A stretch of 64,000 nt of DNA from an uncultured delta proteobacterium (GTDB lineage Bacteria; Desulfobacterota; Desulfuromonadia; Desulfuromonadales; JACZKF01), in assembly GCA_963816395.1 (NCBI GenBank), contig CAWFKQ010000016.1, forward strand, positions 32,001-96,000, read 5' to 3'. The translations under genes were made by a program, and so were the position numbers. Under the pieces are notes generated by a model. It ran no database searches and was not told the DNA's origin. It saw only the letters and a program-made list of their open reading frames with translations. Positions 10,376-19,462 of the stretch are shown piece by piece (position 1 is the stretch's first letter; every line of letters begins with the position of its first letter).

Positions 10376-11083
10376 TTACTCCATCCCCGCGCCGGTGAGG
10401 GCGGAGACTTCGAGGATGCGCACGTTCGGATTGACCTGGCGGGCGAGGGCCTTGCACTTCTCCAGGTCGAAGCGCAGGTGCGGCAGCAGGTCGATCTTGT
10501 TGAGCAGCAACAGGTCGGCGGCGCGGAACATGTGGGGGTACTTGAGCGGCTTGTCTTCCCCCTCGGTGACGGAAAGGACGGCCACCTTGTGGTCCTCGCC
10601 AAGGTCGAAGGAGGCCGGGCAGACCAGGTTGCCGACGTTCTCGATCAGCAGCGCATCGGTCGCCGCCAGATCGAAGGCCTCCACGCCGTGCCCCACCATG
10701 TGCGCATCGAGATGGCAGCCGGCGCCGGTGTTGATCTGCTTTACCGGCACCCCGGTGGCGGCAATGCGATCGGCGTCGTTGCTCGTCTGCTGGTCCCCCT
10801 CGAGGACGGCAAAGCGCAACCGGCCGCGCAGGTCGGCCAGGGTGCGCTCCAGGAGAGAGGTTTTGCCGGAACCGGGGGAACTCACCAGGTTGAGAACGAA
10901 TACCTGCTGCCGGCGGAACAGGGCGCGGTTGCCGGCCGCCAGGCGGTTATTCTTCGCCAGCAGGTCCTCCTCGATGCGCAGGGTTCTGGCCGGAGACCCG
11001 TGGGAATGGTCATGCCCGTGCTCGTGATCATGATCGTGATGAAGATGGGCGTCGGGCTCGGCGCAGCCGCATTCGGTACACAT
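10376..11083 (-). CDS. hypB: Hydrogenase nickel incorporation GTPase HypB (C-terminus probably clipped by a +1 error)
   Basis: MCTECGC, His-rich stretch, [28 protein letters not shown]; expected KWYGWL tail lies in the next frame. Confidence 0.95.
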   Translation of the reverse strand: MCTECGCAEPDAHLHHDHDHEHGHDHSHGSPARTLRIEEDLLAKNNRLAAGNRALFRRQQVFVLNLVSSPGSGKTSLLERTLADLRGRLRFAVLEGDQQTSNDADRIAATGVPVKQINTGAGCHLDAHMVGHGVEAFDLAATDALLIENVGNLVCPASFDLGEDHKVAVLSVTEGEDKPLKYPHMFRAADLLLLNKIDLLPHLRFDLEKCKALARQVNPNVRILEVSALTGAGME

Positions 11084-11084
11084 A

Positions 11085-11426
11085 TTATTCGACCTCCAGC
11101 TCGATAATGCGCAGTTCGTCCCCTTGCAGGCGCTCCAGGGCGAAGCCGCCGCAGGCGGGGCAGGCGAAGGTATACGGGGCGAGCGCGGATTCGGTGCCGC
11201 AGTCGCCGCATCGGCCCCGTCCCGGAATAGTTTCGATGATCAACCGGGCGCCGTCCAGGAAGGTTCCCCGGGTGCAGGCTTCGAAACAGAATTCGACGGC
11301 ATCGGCGACCACCCCCGAGAGTTCGCCGATCGCCACGCTGACCGAGAGCACCCGGGCGGCGCCCTGCTCCCGGGCATGGTGCTCGGCGATCTCGACGATA
11401 CTCTGGGTGATTCCGACTTCGTGCAA
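11085..11426 (-). CDS. hypA: Hydrogenase maturation nickel metallochaperone HypA
   Basis: TTG at 11426 gives the required (M)HE N-terminus; two CxxC motifs (CGDC, CPAC); GDELRI. Confidence 0.93.
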   Translation of the reverse strand: MHEVGITQSIVEIAEHHAREQGAARVLSVSVAIGELSGVVADAVEFCFEACTRGTFLDGARLIIETIPGRGRCGDCGTESALAPYTFACPACGGFALERLQGDELRIIELEVE

Positions 11427-11554
11427 AACAACCCCGACGGGAAACATGGTTGAGGTGCTTTCGTTTATGAATTATGCCCGAGTTTAGGGGGAACGCAGAA
11501 AAAAAAGCAAGGCGGAAAAAGTGTCCGTGGCGTATACGTTTTCGAGCCGCGGGG

Positions 11555-11620
11555 TCGCGGCAAAATGAATTTGCCGCGAAGGCCTCTAATCTGGTAAAAC
11601 AGCATTTGAACTGTTTTGCC
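11555..11620. promoter_or_regulatory. Two related dyads in the divergent hypA/regulator intergenic region (candidate operators or enhancers)
   Basis: tcgcggcaaa-atgaa-tttgccgcga (10-bp perfect) and ggtaaaacag-catttgaa-ctgttttgcc. Confidence 0.4.
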
Positions 11621-11656
11621 GGCATCCGAAAGATGGCGCGCGGAGCAGGCAAGGCG

Positions 11657-13020
11657 ATGGAGCCGGGACGAATTTACATCTGCGACAATCAGCTGGAAAT
11701 GCAGCAGTATCCTGCAGCCAGATGCTACCTCGCGGGGGCACGCGGTGGAGGTGTTCGCCAGCGGCGGCCAGCTGCTCAAGGCCATGGAGGTGCAACGGGA
11801 GGAGCGTCCCGACCTGGTTCTGCTCGACTGCGGGCTCCCCGGCCCCGGCGGCCTGGAGGTGCTGCGGCGGCTGCGGACGGTGCGGCCGGAGATTGCGGTG
11901 GTCATGATGAGCGGCTTCGCCACCGTGCGCGGGGCGGTGGAGGCGATGAAGCAGGGAGCCTCCGATTACCTGATCAAGCCCTTCTTCGCCGATGAGCTTC
12001 TCGCTCTGGTGGACAAGGTGGTGGAACGCAACCGCCTGCTGGAGGAGAACCGTTCGCTCAAGGCGGAGATCCGCCGCCGCTTCGATCCCGACCAGGTGAT
12101 CTTCAGCAGCGCCGCCTTCCGGCGGGTTTTTGAACTGGCGCAGAAGGTGGCCCCGAGCGATGCCGGGGTGCTGATCCTGGGGGAGAGCGGCACCGGCAAG
12201 GAGCTGATCGCCTCCACCATCCACTACGCCAGCCGCCGGCGGGAAGATCGCTTCCTCACCATCAACTGCGCCGCCCTCACGGAGACCCTGCTGGAGAGTC
12301 AGCTGTTCGGGCATGTGAAGGGCGCCTTTACCGGCGCCGTCGCCAGCCAGCGGGGCCTGGTCGAGGAGGCGCATCGGGGGACACTGTTTCTCGACGAAGT
12401 CGGCGACCTCAGCCCCGGGCTGCAGGCCAAGCTGCTGCGGGTGCTGCAGGAGGGCGAGTTTCTGCCGGTCGGCTCGACCCGGGTGCGGCACGCCGATGTG
12501 CGCTTCCTGGCCGCCACCAACAAGGACCTGGAGCGGGAGGTGGCGGCGGGCCGTTTTCGCGAGGACCTCTTCTACCGCCTGAATGTGGTCACCCTCCGCG
12601 TCCCGGCGCTGCGTGAGCGACGGGAGGATATCGCGCCGCTCGCCGAATTCTTTCTCGCCCGTTTATCCCTGCGCGGCGACCAGCGCATTGCCCCGGAAGC
12701 CCTGGCCCGGCTGCAGGCCTATGACTGGCCGGGGAATGTGCGCGAGCTGGAAAACGTCATGGAGATGGCGGTCGATCCTTGCCGATGGGCAGAACATCGC
12801 GCCGGAACATCTGCCGGTGAAGGTGACGAGCGGCCGGCCGGTCGGCTTCGCCCTCCCCCAGGGGCCGCTGTCGCTGGACGAGGTCGAGCGGCTCTATATC
12901 GAACAGGTCTTCAGCCAGACCGGCCGGCACAAGGTCAGAACCGCCGGGATCCTGAAAATCTCCCGCAAGACCCTCGACCGCAAGCTGGCCCAGTACGGAA
13001 TCGGTAAGGGGGCGGAATGA
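11657..13020 (+). CDS. sigma54-dependent NtrC-family response regulator (frameshifts near 11710-11730 and 12775)
   Basis: Receiver ([12 protein letters not shown]...LVLLD...DYLIKPF), AAA+ ([29 protein letters not shown]) and Fis HTH ([16 protein letters not shown]) across frames. Confidence 0.9.
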
Positions 13021-13052
13021 TCAGCGGCCGCCTGCGCCTCCCTTTCGCCGGC

Positions 13053-13067
13053 TGGCGCCGGCGCTGC
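13053..13067 (+). promoter_or_regulatory. Possible sigma54 -24/-12 promoter for the hydrogenase operon
   Basis: TGGCGC-CGGCG-CTGC (GG-N10-GC) 24 bp before ATG 13091; weak because of GC-rich context. Confidence 0.3.
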
Positions 13068-13090
13068 CCGCCGGGCATTGAGAGGCGCAG

Positions 13091-14976
13091 ATGCCGTTCC
13101 GGGAAGAGAGCGAAAAGGGAGCAACCGGTATCTGGCGGCCCATGCGCCGGCTGGAGATCGATCGCTTCGCCCGCTCCCTGGCCGCCACTTGCGAGGTGCT
13201 GGGGGTGCAGGAGAAGCGCGGGCGGCTGATCCGCGAGCGGCTGGAAGACCCCGCCGACCTGCTCCTCGACTTTCCGCCGCGGGTCCACTCGCCGAAGAAA
13301 TTCCTCTTCCCCAACTGGGAGAAGCTCTTCCGCTTCCGCCTCGGCGGCCGGGTGCTGCTCGAAGCGGAAAAGGCCGCCGTGCCGCGGGTCATCTTCGGCA
13401 TGCATCCCTGCGACCTGCATGCCGCTGCAGGTGCTGGACGACTGCCTGTTCGACGGGGAGGCGGACAGCGCCTACCGGGCCAAGCGGGAAGCGACGGTGC
13501 TCATCGGGGTCGACTGCACCCCGGACGAGCACTGCTTCTGTACCAGCATGGGCACCGACCGGGCGGCGAGCGGCTTCGACCTCTTTCTCCACCGCGTCGA
13601 CGGCGACTACCTGGTGCAGACCGGCAGCGAGCGCGGCGAGGCGCTGCTGGCCCGCCATGCGCCGGCGACGGCGGCGCTCCCCGGGGAGCCGCCGCTGCCG
13701 CTGCAGGTCAAGCAGTGCAGCCGCAGTCTGCAGTTTCCGGCGGAATCTCTGGCACCCCTGCTGGAGCAGGTCTACGATCACCCGCTGTGGAAGGAAATCG
13801 GCGATCTCTGCCTGGGCTGCGGCGCCTGTACCCTGCTCTGTCCGTCCTGCTACTGCTTCAACGTCCAGGACCGCCTCGATCTCAACCTGCAGGGCGGAGA
13901 GCGGATGCGGACCTGGGATTCCTGCCAGTTCGACCAGTTCACCCGGGTCTCCGGCGGCGGCGATTTCCGCGCCGATCAGGCCGATCGCCAGCGGCACCGG
14001 TTCTTCCGCAAGTACAAGTACCTCTGGGAGAAACACCAGCGCACCGCCTGCGTCGGCTGCGGCCGCTGCAGCCGGGAGTGCCTGAGCGGCATCGACGCCC
14101 CGACCGTGCTCAACCGCCTCTTCGCCGGGCAGCCGGACCCGGCCGAGATGGCCGTGCCGGGCGCCGAGTACCGGCCGCAACTGGCCGAGATCGTCGCCGT
14201 GGAGCAGCTCACCGACCGCGAAAAGCTCTTTCGCCTGCGCCTGCCGCAGGCGCTCGCCTTCGCCCCCGGGACCTTCATGGAAGTCTCCGTCTTCGGCCTC
14301 GGGGAGGCTCCCTTCACCATCGCCTCGGCCCTGCACGAGGATCGCCAGATCGACATCGTGGTGCGGGCCGCCGGCGCCCTGACCCAGGCCCTGCACCGGC
14401 TGCAGGCCGGCGACACGGTGGGGGTGCGCGGCCCCTTCGGCAGCGGCTTCCCCCTCGATCGCTTCCTCGGCCGCGACATCCTGCTGGTCGCCGGCGGTCT
14501 CGGCCTGATCACCCTGCGCTCCCTGCTGCTGACCATTCTCGACCGGCGCGGCGAATTCGGCCGGGTGACCCTTCTCTACGGCGCCCGCGACGTTCCCCAG
14601 CTGCTCTTCCGCAAGGACCTGCTGGCCTGGCACCAGGGCGGCGAAATCGACTGCCGCTTCGTGGTCGGCAATCCGCAGAACGGCTGGGGCCTTGCCAGCC
14701 GGCGACATCACCTGTCTGTTCAAGGATCTCGACATCGCCCCGGCGCGCACGGTGGCTGCCGTTTCCGGCCCGGCCGCCATGTACCGCTTCACCAATCCCC
14801 TGCTTTTCCGTCTCGGCTTCGCCGAGGAGAACCTTTTCCTCAACCTCGAGCGGCACATGAAATGCGGCCTGGGCAAATGCGGCAAATGCCGGATCAACGA
14901 CATCTGCGTCTGCGAATGCGGGCCGATTTTCCCCTACAGCCGGATCAAGCACCTGCGGGAGGCGATCGAGCGATGA
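13091..14976 (+). CDS. Group 3b (sulfhydrogenase-type) hydrogenase beta (4Fe-4S) and gamma (FAD/NAD(P)-binding) subunits, apparently fused; frameshifts near 13420 and 14690
   Basis: SPKKFLFP, PCDLHA, CFCTSMG, CLGCGACTLLCPSCYC, CVGCGRCSREC, then in frame GEAPFTIAS, VRGPFG, AGGLG, and ERHMKCGLGKCGKC. Confidence 0.85.
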
Positions 14977-15710
14977 AACCGCGCATCGGATTTTTCGACT
15001 TCACCGGCTGCGAGGGGTGCCAGATGACCGTCCTCAACCTCGAGGACCGCTTCCTCGACCTGCTCGAACTGGTGGAGATCGTCGAGTTCCGCGCGGCGTT
15101 CTCCGGCCCGCCCGAGACCCTGGATATCGCCTTCGTCGAAGGGAGCATCTGCCGGCCGGAGGAAGCGGCGCGGCTGCGGGACATCCGCGCCCGGTCCCGC
15201 CTGCTGGTGGCGCTCGGCGCCTGTGCCGATACCGCCGGGGTGAACGCCCTGGTCCGGTGCCGCGACCCGCGCGAGCTGCGCCGGGAGGTTTACGGCGGCG
15301 AGGCGCCGCACCTCCTGACGGAGGCGCCCGCGGCCGCTTTCGGAGGTGGTCGCCGTCGACCACCGGCTGCCCGGCTGCCCGATCGACGGCGAGGAATTCC
15401 TGGCCGTCCTGCAGGCCCTGCTGGTGGGACGCGATCCCGAACTGCCCGGCTTCGCCGTCTGCGTCGAGTGCAAGCTGGCCGAACTCCCCTGCACCTTCGA
15501 GGTGGGGATTGCCTGTCTCGGGCCGGTCACCCGGGCCGGCTGCGGCGCCCTCTGCCTGCAGGGGGGGACCGCTGCCGGGGGTGCCGGGGGCAGATCGACA
15601 ACCCGCGCTCCGGGCCGTACTATCGCATTCTCGAGGAAAACGGCCTGACCGAGGAGGATATCCTGCAGGAACTGCGCACCTTCAACCTCCTCGGCAGGGG
15701 GGAGCGATGA
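14973..15710 (+). CDS. Group 3b [NiFe]-hydrogenase small (delta) subunit; two compensating frameshifts (about 15330 and 15565)
   Basis: TGCEGC, VEGSI, ALGACA, LPGCP, VCVECK, CLGPVTRAGCGALC, CRGCRG; ATGA overlaps on both sides. Confidence 0.88.
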   Translation: MKPRIGFFDFTGCEGCQMTVLNLEDRFLDLLELVEIVEFRAAFSGPPETLDIAFVEGSICRPEEAARLRDIRARSRLLVALGACADTAGVNALVRCRDPRELRREVYGGEAPHLLTEAPAAAFGGGRRRPPAARLPDRRRGIPGRPAGPAGGTRSRTARLRRLRRVQAGRTPLHLRGGDCLSRAGHPGRLRRPLPAGGDRCRGCRGQIDNPRSGPYYRILEENGLTEEDILQELRTFNLLGRGER

Positions 15711-17008
15711 GGATCGAGGTCCGGCACCTGGCGCGTATCGAGGGGCATGCCCACCTGGTGGTGGATGCCGCCCACGGCGAGCTTCGGGAGTGCCGCCTGG
15801 AGGTGGTGGAGACCCCCCGCTTCTTCGAGGGGATCCTCCAGGGGCGGCACTGGCGCGATGTCGCCCCGATCGCCGCCCGCATCTGCGGCGTCTGCTCCAA
15901 TGCCCACACCCTGGTCTCCCTGCTGGCGACCGAGGCCGCCCTGGGGATCGAGGTCAGCGAACAGACCCGCCTGCTGCGGCGCCTGCTCGCCCAGGCGGAG
16001 ATTCTGCAGAGCCATCTGCTGCAGCTCTATTTTTTCGCCGTCCCCGACTATCTCGGCGTGGGGAGCATCTTCCCGCTGGCCAAGAGCCGGCGCGACCTGG
16101 TCGCCCGCGCCCTGCGCCTGAAGAAGCTGGCGAACGACATCTGCCTGGTGGTCGGCGGCCGCCCGGTGCACCCGGTGACGCCGGCCGTCGGCGGCTTTGC
16201 CGCCCTGCCGGAACCGGCCGCTCTGCAGGAGCTGCGCCGGCGCCTGGTGGCGGCCCTGCCCGATCTGGAGGCGACCGTCGACCTCTTCCTCACCTTCGAT
16301 TTTCCCGAGTTTTCGCGGGAGACCGAGTACCTCTGTCTGCGCGGCGAGGGCTATCCGCTGTTCGGCGCCGACCTGGTCTCCACCGACGGACTCGCCGTCC
16401 CGGTGGCCGACTACGCGACGGCGATCACCGAATACCTGCCCCCCCATTCGACGGCTAAATTCGCCCGCGCCGGCCGGGACAGCTTCATGGTCGGCCCGCT
16501 CGCCCGGGTGCGCAACGCCTTCACCGAGCTCTCGCCGATGGCCCGCACCGTGGCAGCGGCGGTCGGGCTGGCGCCGGATACGGCCAATCCCTACCGCAAC
16601 CTGCTGGCCCGCCTGGTGGAAACGGCGCATGGGGTGGAGGAGTCGATCCACGGCCTCGACCGCCTTCTCACTGCCGGCCTGAAGCGGGAGTCGCTGCCGC
16701 AGCCGGGCGGCGGCGGCGCCGGCACGGCGGCGATCGAGGCGCCGCGCGGCACCCTGTTCCATTCCTACGTCTACGACGAACAGGGGCGGCTCGAACGGGC
16801 CGACTGCCTGATCCCCACCGCCCAGAACCTGGGGAACATCGAGGCCGATCTGCGCGCCCTGGTCCCCGCCCTGCTGCACCTGCCGCAGGAGGAATTCACC
16901 CGCCGCCTGGAGATGCTGGTGCGCGCCTACGATCCGTGCATCAGCTGTTCGACGCACCTGGTGAAGGTTTCCTTCACTGAAGGGAACCTTCACCAGGTGC
17001 AATTTTAA
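15707..17008 (+). CDS. Group 3b [NiFe]-hydrogenase large (alpha) subunit
   Basis: ARIEGH, RFFE, L1 RICGVCSNAH, EAPRGTL, PTAQN, L2 RAYDPCISCSTH plus cleavable tail. Confidence 0.95.
   Translation: MRIEVRHLARIEGHAHLVVDAAHGELRECRLEVVETPRFFEGILQGRHWRDVAPIAARICGVCSNAHTLVSLLATEAALGIEVSEQTRLLRRLLAQAEILQSHLLQLYFFAVPDYLGVGSIFPLAKSRRDLVARALRLKKLANDICLVVGGRPVHPVTPAVGGFAALPEPAALQELRRRLVAALPDLEATVDLFLTFDFPEFSRETEYLCLRGEGYPLFGADLVSTDGLAVPVADYATAITEYLPPHSTAKFARAGRDSFMVGPLARVRNAFTELSPMARTVAAAVGLAPDTANPYRNLLARLVETAHGVEESIHGLDRLLTAGLKRESLPQPGGGGAGTAAIEAPRGTLFHSYVYDEQGRLERADCLIPTAQNLGNIEADLRALVPALLHLPQEEFTRRLEMLVRAYDPCISCSTHLVKVSFTEGNLHQVQF
16954..17000. repeat. 23-bp inverted repeat covering the large-subunit C-terminal tail
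   Basis: gcacctggtgaaggtttccttca-c-tgaagggaaccttcaccaggtgc (22/23 match). Confidence 0.9.
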
Positions 17009-17066
17009 ATTTTGCATTATGAATTTTAAATTGAATTCAAAATACAACATTCAAAATTCGAAATTG
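17001..17066. repeat. AT-rich heptamer array (AATTTTA then AATTCAA), inverted arrangement
   Basis: aatttta aattttg cattatg aatttta aattg / aattcaa aatacaa cattcaa aattcga aattg. Confidence 0.7.
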
Positions 17067-17525
17067 AGAATCATAGGTTTGGGCAACCCGCTGATGGGGG
17101 ACGACGGCGCCGGCATCGCCGCCGTCGAGCGGCTCGCCTCCCTGCCGCTGCCGGCCGGCGTGGAGGTGGTCGACGGCGGCACCGGCGGCCTCACCCTGCT
17201 CGACCTGATGCCGGCGCGCAGCGCGTCATCCTCATCGACGCCGTCGCCATGGGGCGGCCGCCCGGCACGGTGGTCCGTTTCGACGCCGGCGCGGTGACCG
17301 GGGGGAAGCAGAGGCGGATTTTCCCCGCACGCCGCCGGGCTGCCGCAGGTTTTCGCCCTGGGCCGGGAGATGGGGCTGCTGCCGCCGGAGATCGACATCT
17401 TCGGCATCGAGCCGGCCGCGGTCGAACGGCGCCTGGGGCTGTCGCCGGCCGTGGAGGCGGCGGTGGAAGAGGTGGTGGCCAGGGTTTTGGCGGAGGTTGC
17501 CAGGCTTGAGCGCCCGGCCGAGTAA
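17064..17525 (+). CDS. Hydrogenase maturation protease (frameshifts near 17210 and 17310)
   Basis: RIIGLGNPLMGDDGAG, VVDGGTGG, VILIDAV, H, IFGIEP, GLSPAVEAAVE across frames. Confidence 0.85.
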
Positions 17526-17664
17526 GCGGTCCGGTTTCGGCCGGACAGCTTGCCCCCCCAACCACCTTCCCCCTTGGCCTGGGCGTCACCTTGGCCCTCT
17601 GTCGGAAGTGGAATGAAAAAGGGGGGAAAATCGTCACCGCCGGTTGCCGGATGGCGTTTTCCCA

Positions 17665-17740
17665 GGTCCAAGATTTAGGTTCAAGGCTCAAGGCTCAGAT
17701 TCAAGGCCAGCCTTCAGCCGCTTACCGCTTACCGCTCACC
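17665..17740. repeat. Degenerate heptamer arrays (TTCAAGG, then CCGCTTA)
   Basis: gtccaag...ttcaagg ctcaagg ctcagat tcaagg ... ccgctta ccgctta ccgctca. Confidence 0.6.
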
Positions 17741-17746
17741 TCATTT

Positions 17747-17762
17747 AGGCACCCCTTTTGCA
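17747..17762 (+). promoter_or_regulatory. sigma54 -24/-12 promoter
   Basis: AGGCACCCCTTTTGCA matches TGGCAC-N5-TTGCW; 85 bp upstream of the MinD-like gene. Confidence 0.65.
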
Positions 17763-17846
17763 CATTATTAACAATTTATTGAATTCCCGGAGGATCTCGT
17801 GGGCCTGGGGTTCCCCGGGAGATGCCGGCTGCAGGGAGGATAAATA

Positions 17847-18779
17847 GTGCAGACAGCGGGTGCGCCGGCAAGTCAGCCGCGGATCTGGGCGGTGGGCGGC
17901 GGCAAGGGCGGGGTCGGCAAATCGGTGCTGACTTCCAGCCTGGCGATCGCCGCGGCGCGGCGGGGGCGCCGCTGTGTCCTGGTCGATGCCGACCTGGGCG
18001 GCGCCAATCTGCATACCCTGCTGGGCCTGACCTCCCCCCGGACCACCCTGGCCGATCTTTTCCGCCGGCAGGCCGCCGGCTTGCGGGAGATCCTGCTCCC
18101 CACCGCCGTTCCCAACCTGCAGCTGGTCAGCGGCGCCGGCGCCCTGGTCGACATGGCCAACCCGCACCACGCGCAGAAGATGAAGATCATCCGCCAGCTC
18201 TTCACCCTGGAGGCGGATGAGATCTTCCTCGATCTGGGGGCGGGATCCTCCTTCACCGTCCTCGATTTTTTCCTCGCCGCCCGGGAGGCGATCGTCGTGG
18301 TGGTGCCGACACCCACTTCCATCGAGAACGCCTACCATTTTCTCAAGGCGGTCTTTTTCCGCCGCCTGAAGCAGGCCCTCGGCCAGGCCGGAGCACTGCG
18401 TCTGGCCAGCCGGGCCATGGAGGAGAAGCTGGCCCGCGGCATTCGCACCCCCCGCGACCTGGTGGCTGATATCCGGCGCTCCCACCCGGCGGCCGGGGCA
18501 GCGATAGCGGCGGCGATCCGGGATCTGGCGCCCCGCCTGGTGGTCAATCAGGTGCGGCGGGAGGAGGAGATGCAGTTGGCAGCGCAGATGACCGAGGCCT
18601 GCCGGGACTTCTTCGGCCTGGAGGTCACCTGCCTGGGGGGAATCCGCCATGATGACAAGGTCCTGAGTGCCATACAGATGCGGCGTCCGGTCCAGCTGGC
18701 GTTTCCCCAATGCGCTTTTGCCGCGGCGGTCGACGGCCTGGTCGACCGCCTGCTGGACAGCCAAGGAGGAATGCCATGA
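17847..18779 (+). CDS. FlhG/FleN/MinD-like P-loop ATPase
   Basis: Deviant Walker A GGKGGVGKS, VDADLGGANLHTLLG, DLGAG, PTPTSIENAY, VVNQ. Confidence 0.85.
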   Translation: MQTAGAPASQPRIWAVGGGKGGVGKSVLTSSLAIAAARRGRRCVLVDADLGGANLHTLLGLTSPRTTLADLFRRQAAGLREILLPTAVPNLQLVSGAGALVDMANPHHAQKMKIIRQLFTLEADEIFLDLGAGSSFTVLDFFLAAREAIVVVVPTPTSIENAYHFLKAVFFRRLKQALGQAGALRLASRAMEEKLARGIRTPRDLVADIRRSHPAAGAAIAAAIRDLAPRLVVNQVRREEEMQLAAQMTEACRDFFGLEVTCLGGIRHDDKVLSAIQMRRPVQLAFPQCAFAAAVDGLVDRLLDSQGGMP

Positions 18780-19297
18780 GCGAATCGACCCTGGCCGAGG
18801 ATTACCGCTGCCTGGACCTGGAGCCCGATGCCACGCCCCTGCAGGTGGAGCGGGCCTTTCGCCGCAAGCTGGCCTTGTATTCCGGGGAGGCCCTGGCAAC
18901 CTATGCCCTGTTCGACGAAGCCGGGCGCCGGGCGCAGCTGTCACGTCTGGAAGAGGCCCACCGGCGGATCTGTGCTGAACAGGTCACGGCAGGCGCACCG
19001 CGGCCGGCGCCGGCGGTCGAGAAAGCGTCGTCTCCCGAGCTCGCTGACGCCCCCGGCCGTTTCCTGCAGGCCCGGCGGGAAACGGTCGGACTGACCGTGA
19101 AGGAGGTGGCCGGCCGCACCAAGATCAGCCCGATGAAGCTCCTCCAGATCGAGGAGGAGCGCTTCGAGCTGCTGCCGGCCCCGGTTTACCTGCGCGGCTT
19201 CATTCTCGCCTATGCCCGCGCCGTCGGCCTGCCCGACCCCAGGGAGGCGGCGCACGTCTACCTGGAGCATTACCGGCAGCGGGTGGCCGAAGCCTGA
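18776..19297 (+). CDS. J-like domain plus RodZ-type (HTH_25) helix-turn-helix protein
   Basis: EDYRCLDLEPDATPLQVERAFRR...LEEAHRRI (no HPD); PGRFLQARRE...VAGRTKIS...LPAPVYLRGFILAYARAVGL; ATGA coupling. Confidence 0.75.
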   Translation: MSESTLAEDYRCLDLEPDATPLQVERAFRRKLALYSGEALATYALFDEAGRRAQLSRLEEAHRRICAEQVTAGAPRPAPAVEKASSPELADAPGRFLQARRETVGLTVKEVAGRTKISPMKLLQIEEERFELLPAPVYLRGFILAYARAVGLPDPREAAHVYLEHYRQRVAEA

Positions 19298-19462
19298 GCC
19301 GCTCCTTCCACCGCTGTTCCTCCCAGCCTTTTCCCTTCCAGGGAGCGTGGTTTTCCCTTACCGCAAATCGGGTCTGCTGCCCAGAGAGCGCAAACTCTTG
19401 TCTTTTCGTCCGTCCTGCCGGTAAAATGCGGGCAGAAACCCGCCGTCCCCCAGGATTCCACC

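Noticed and set aside
10015..11083. HypB-HypC fusion (removing one base at about 10379 reads through into hypC)
   Set aside because: HypC needs a free N-terminal Cys2 and has its own SD; the linker is a repeat array, so a second indel is more likely.
15707..17008. [NiFeSe] hydrogenase
   Set aside because: The L2 motif is DPCISC with ordinary Cys codons.
17718..17740. ACCGCTTA/ACCGCTCA as a second BtsR site
   Set aside because: Units have a 7-bp period as part of a heptamer array, not the 21-bp period needed.
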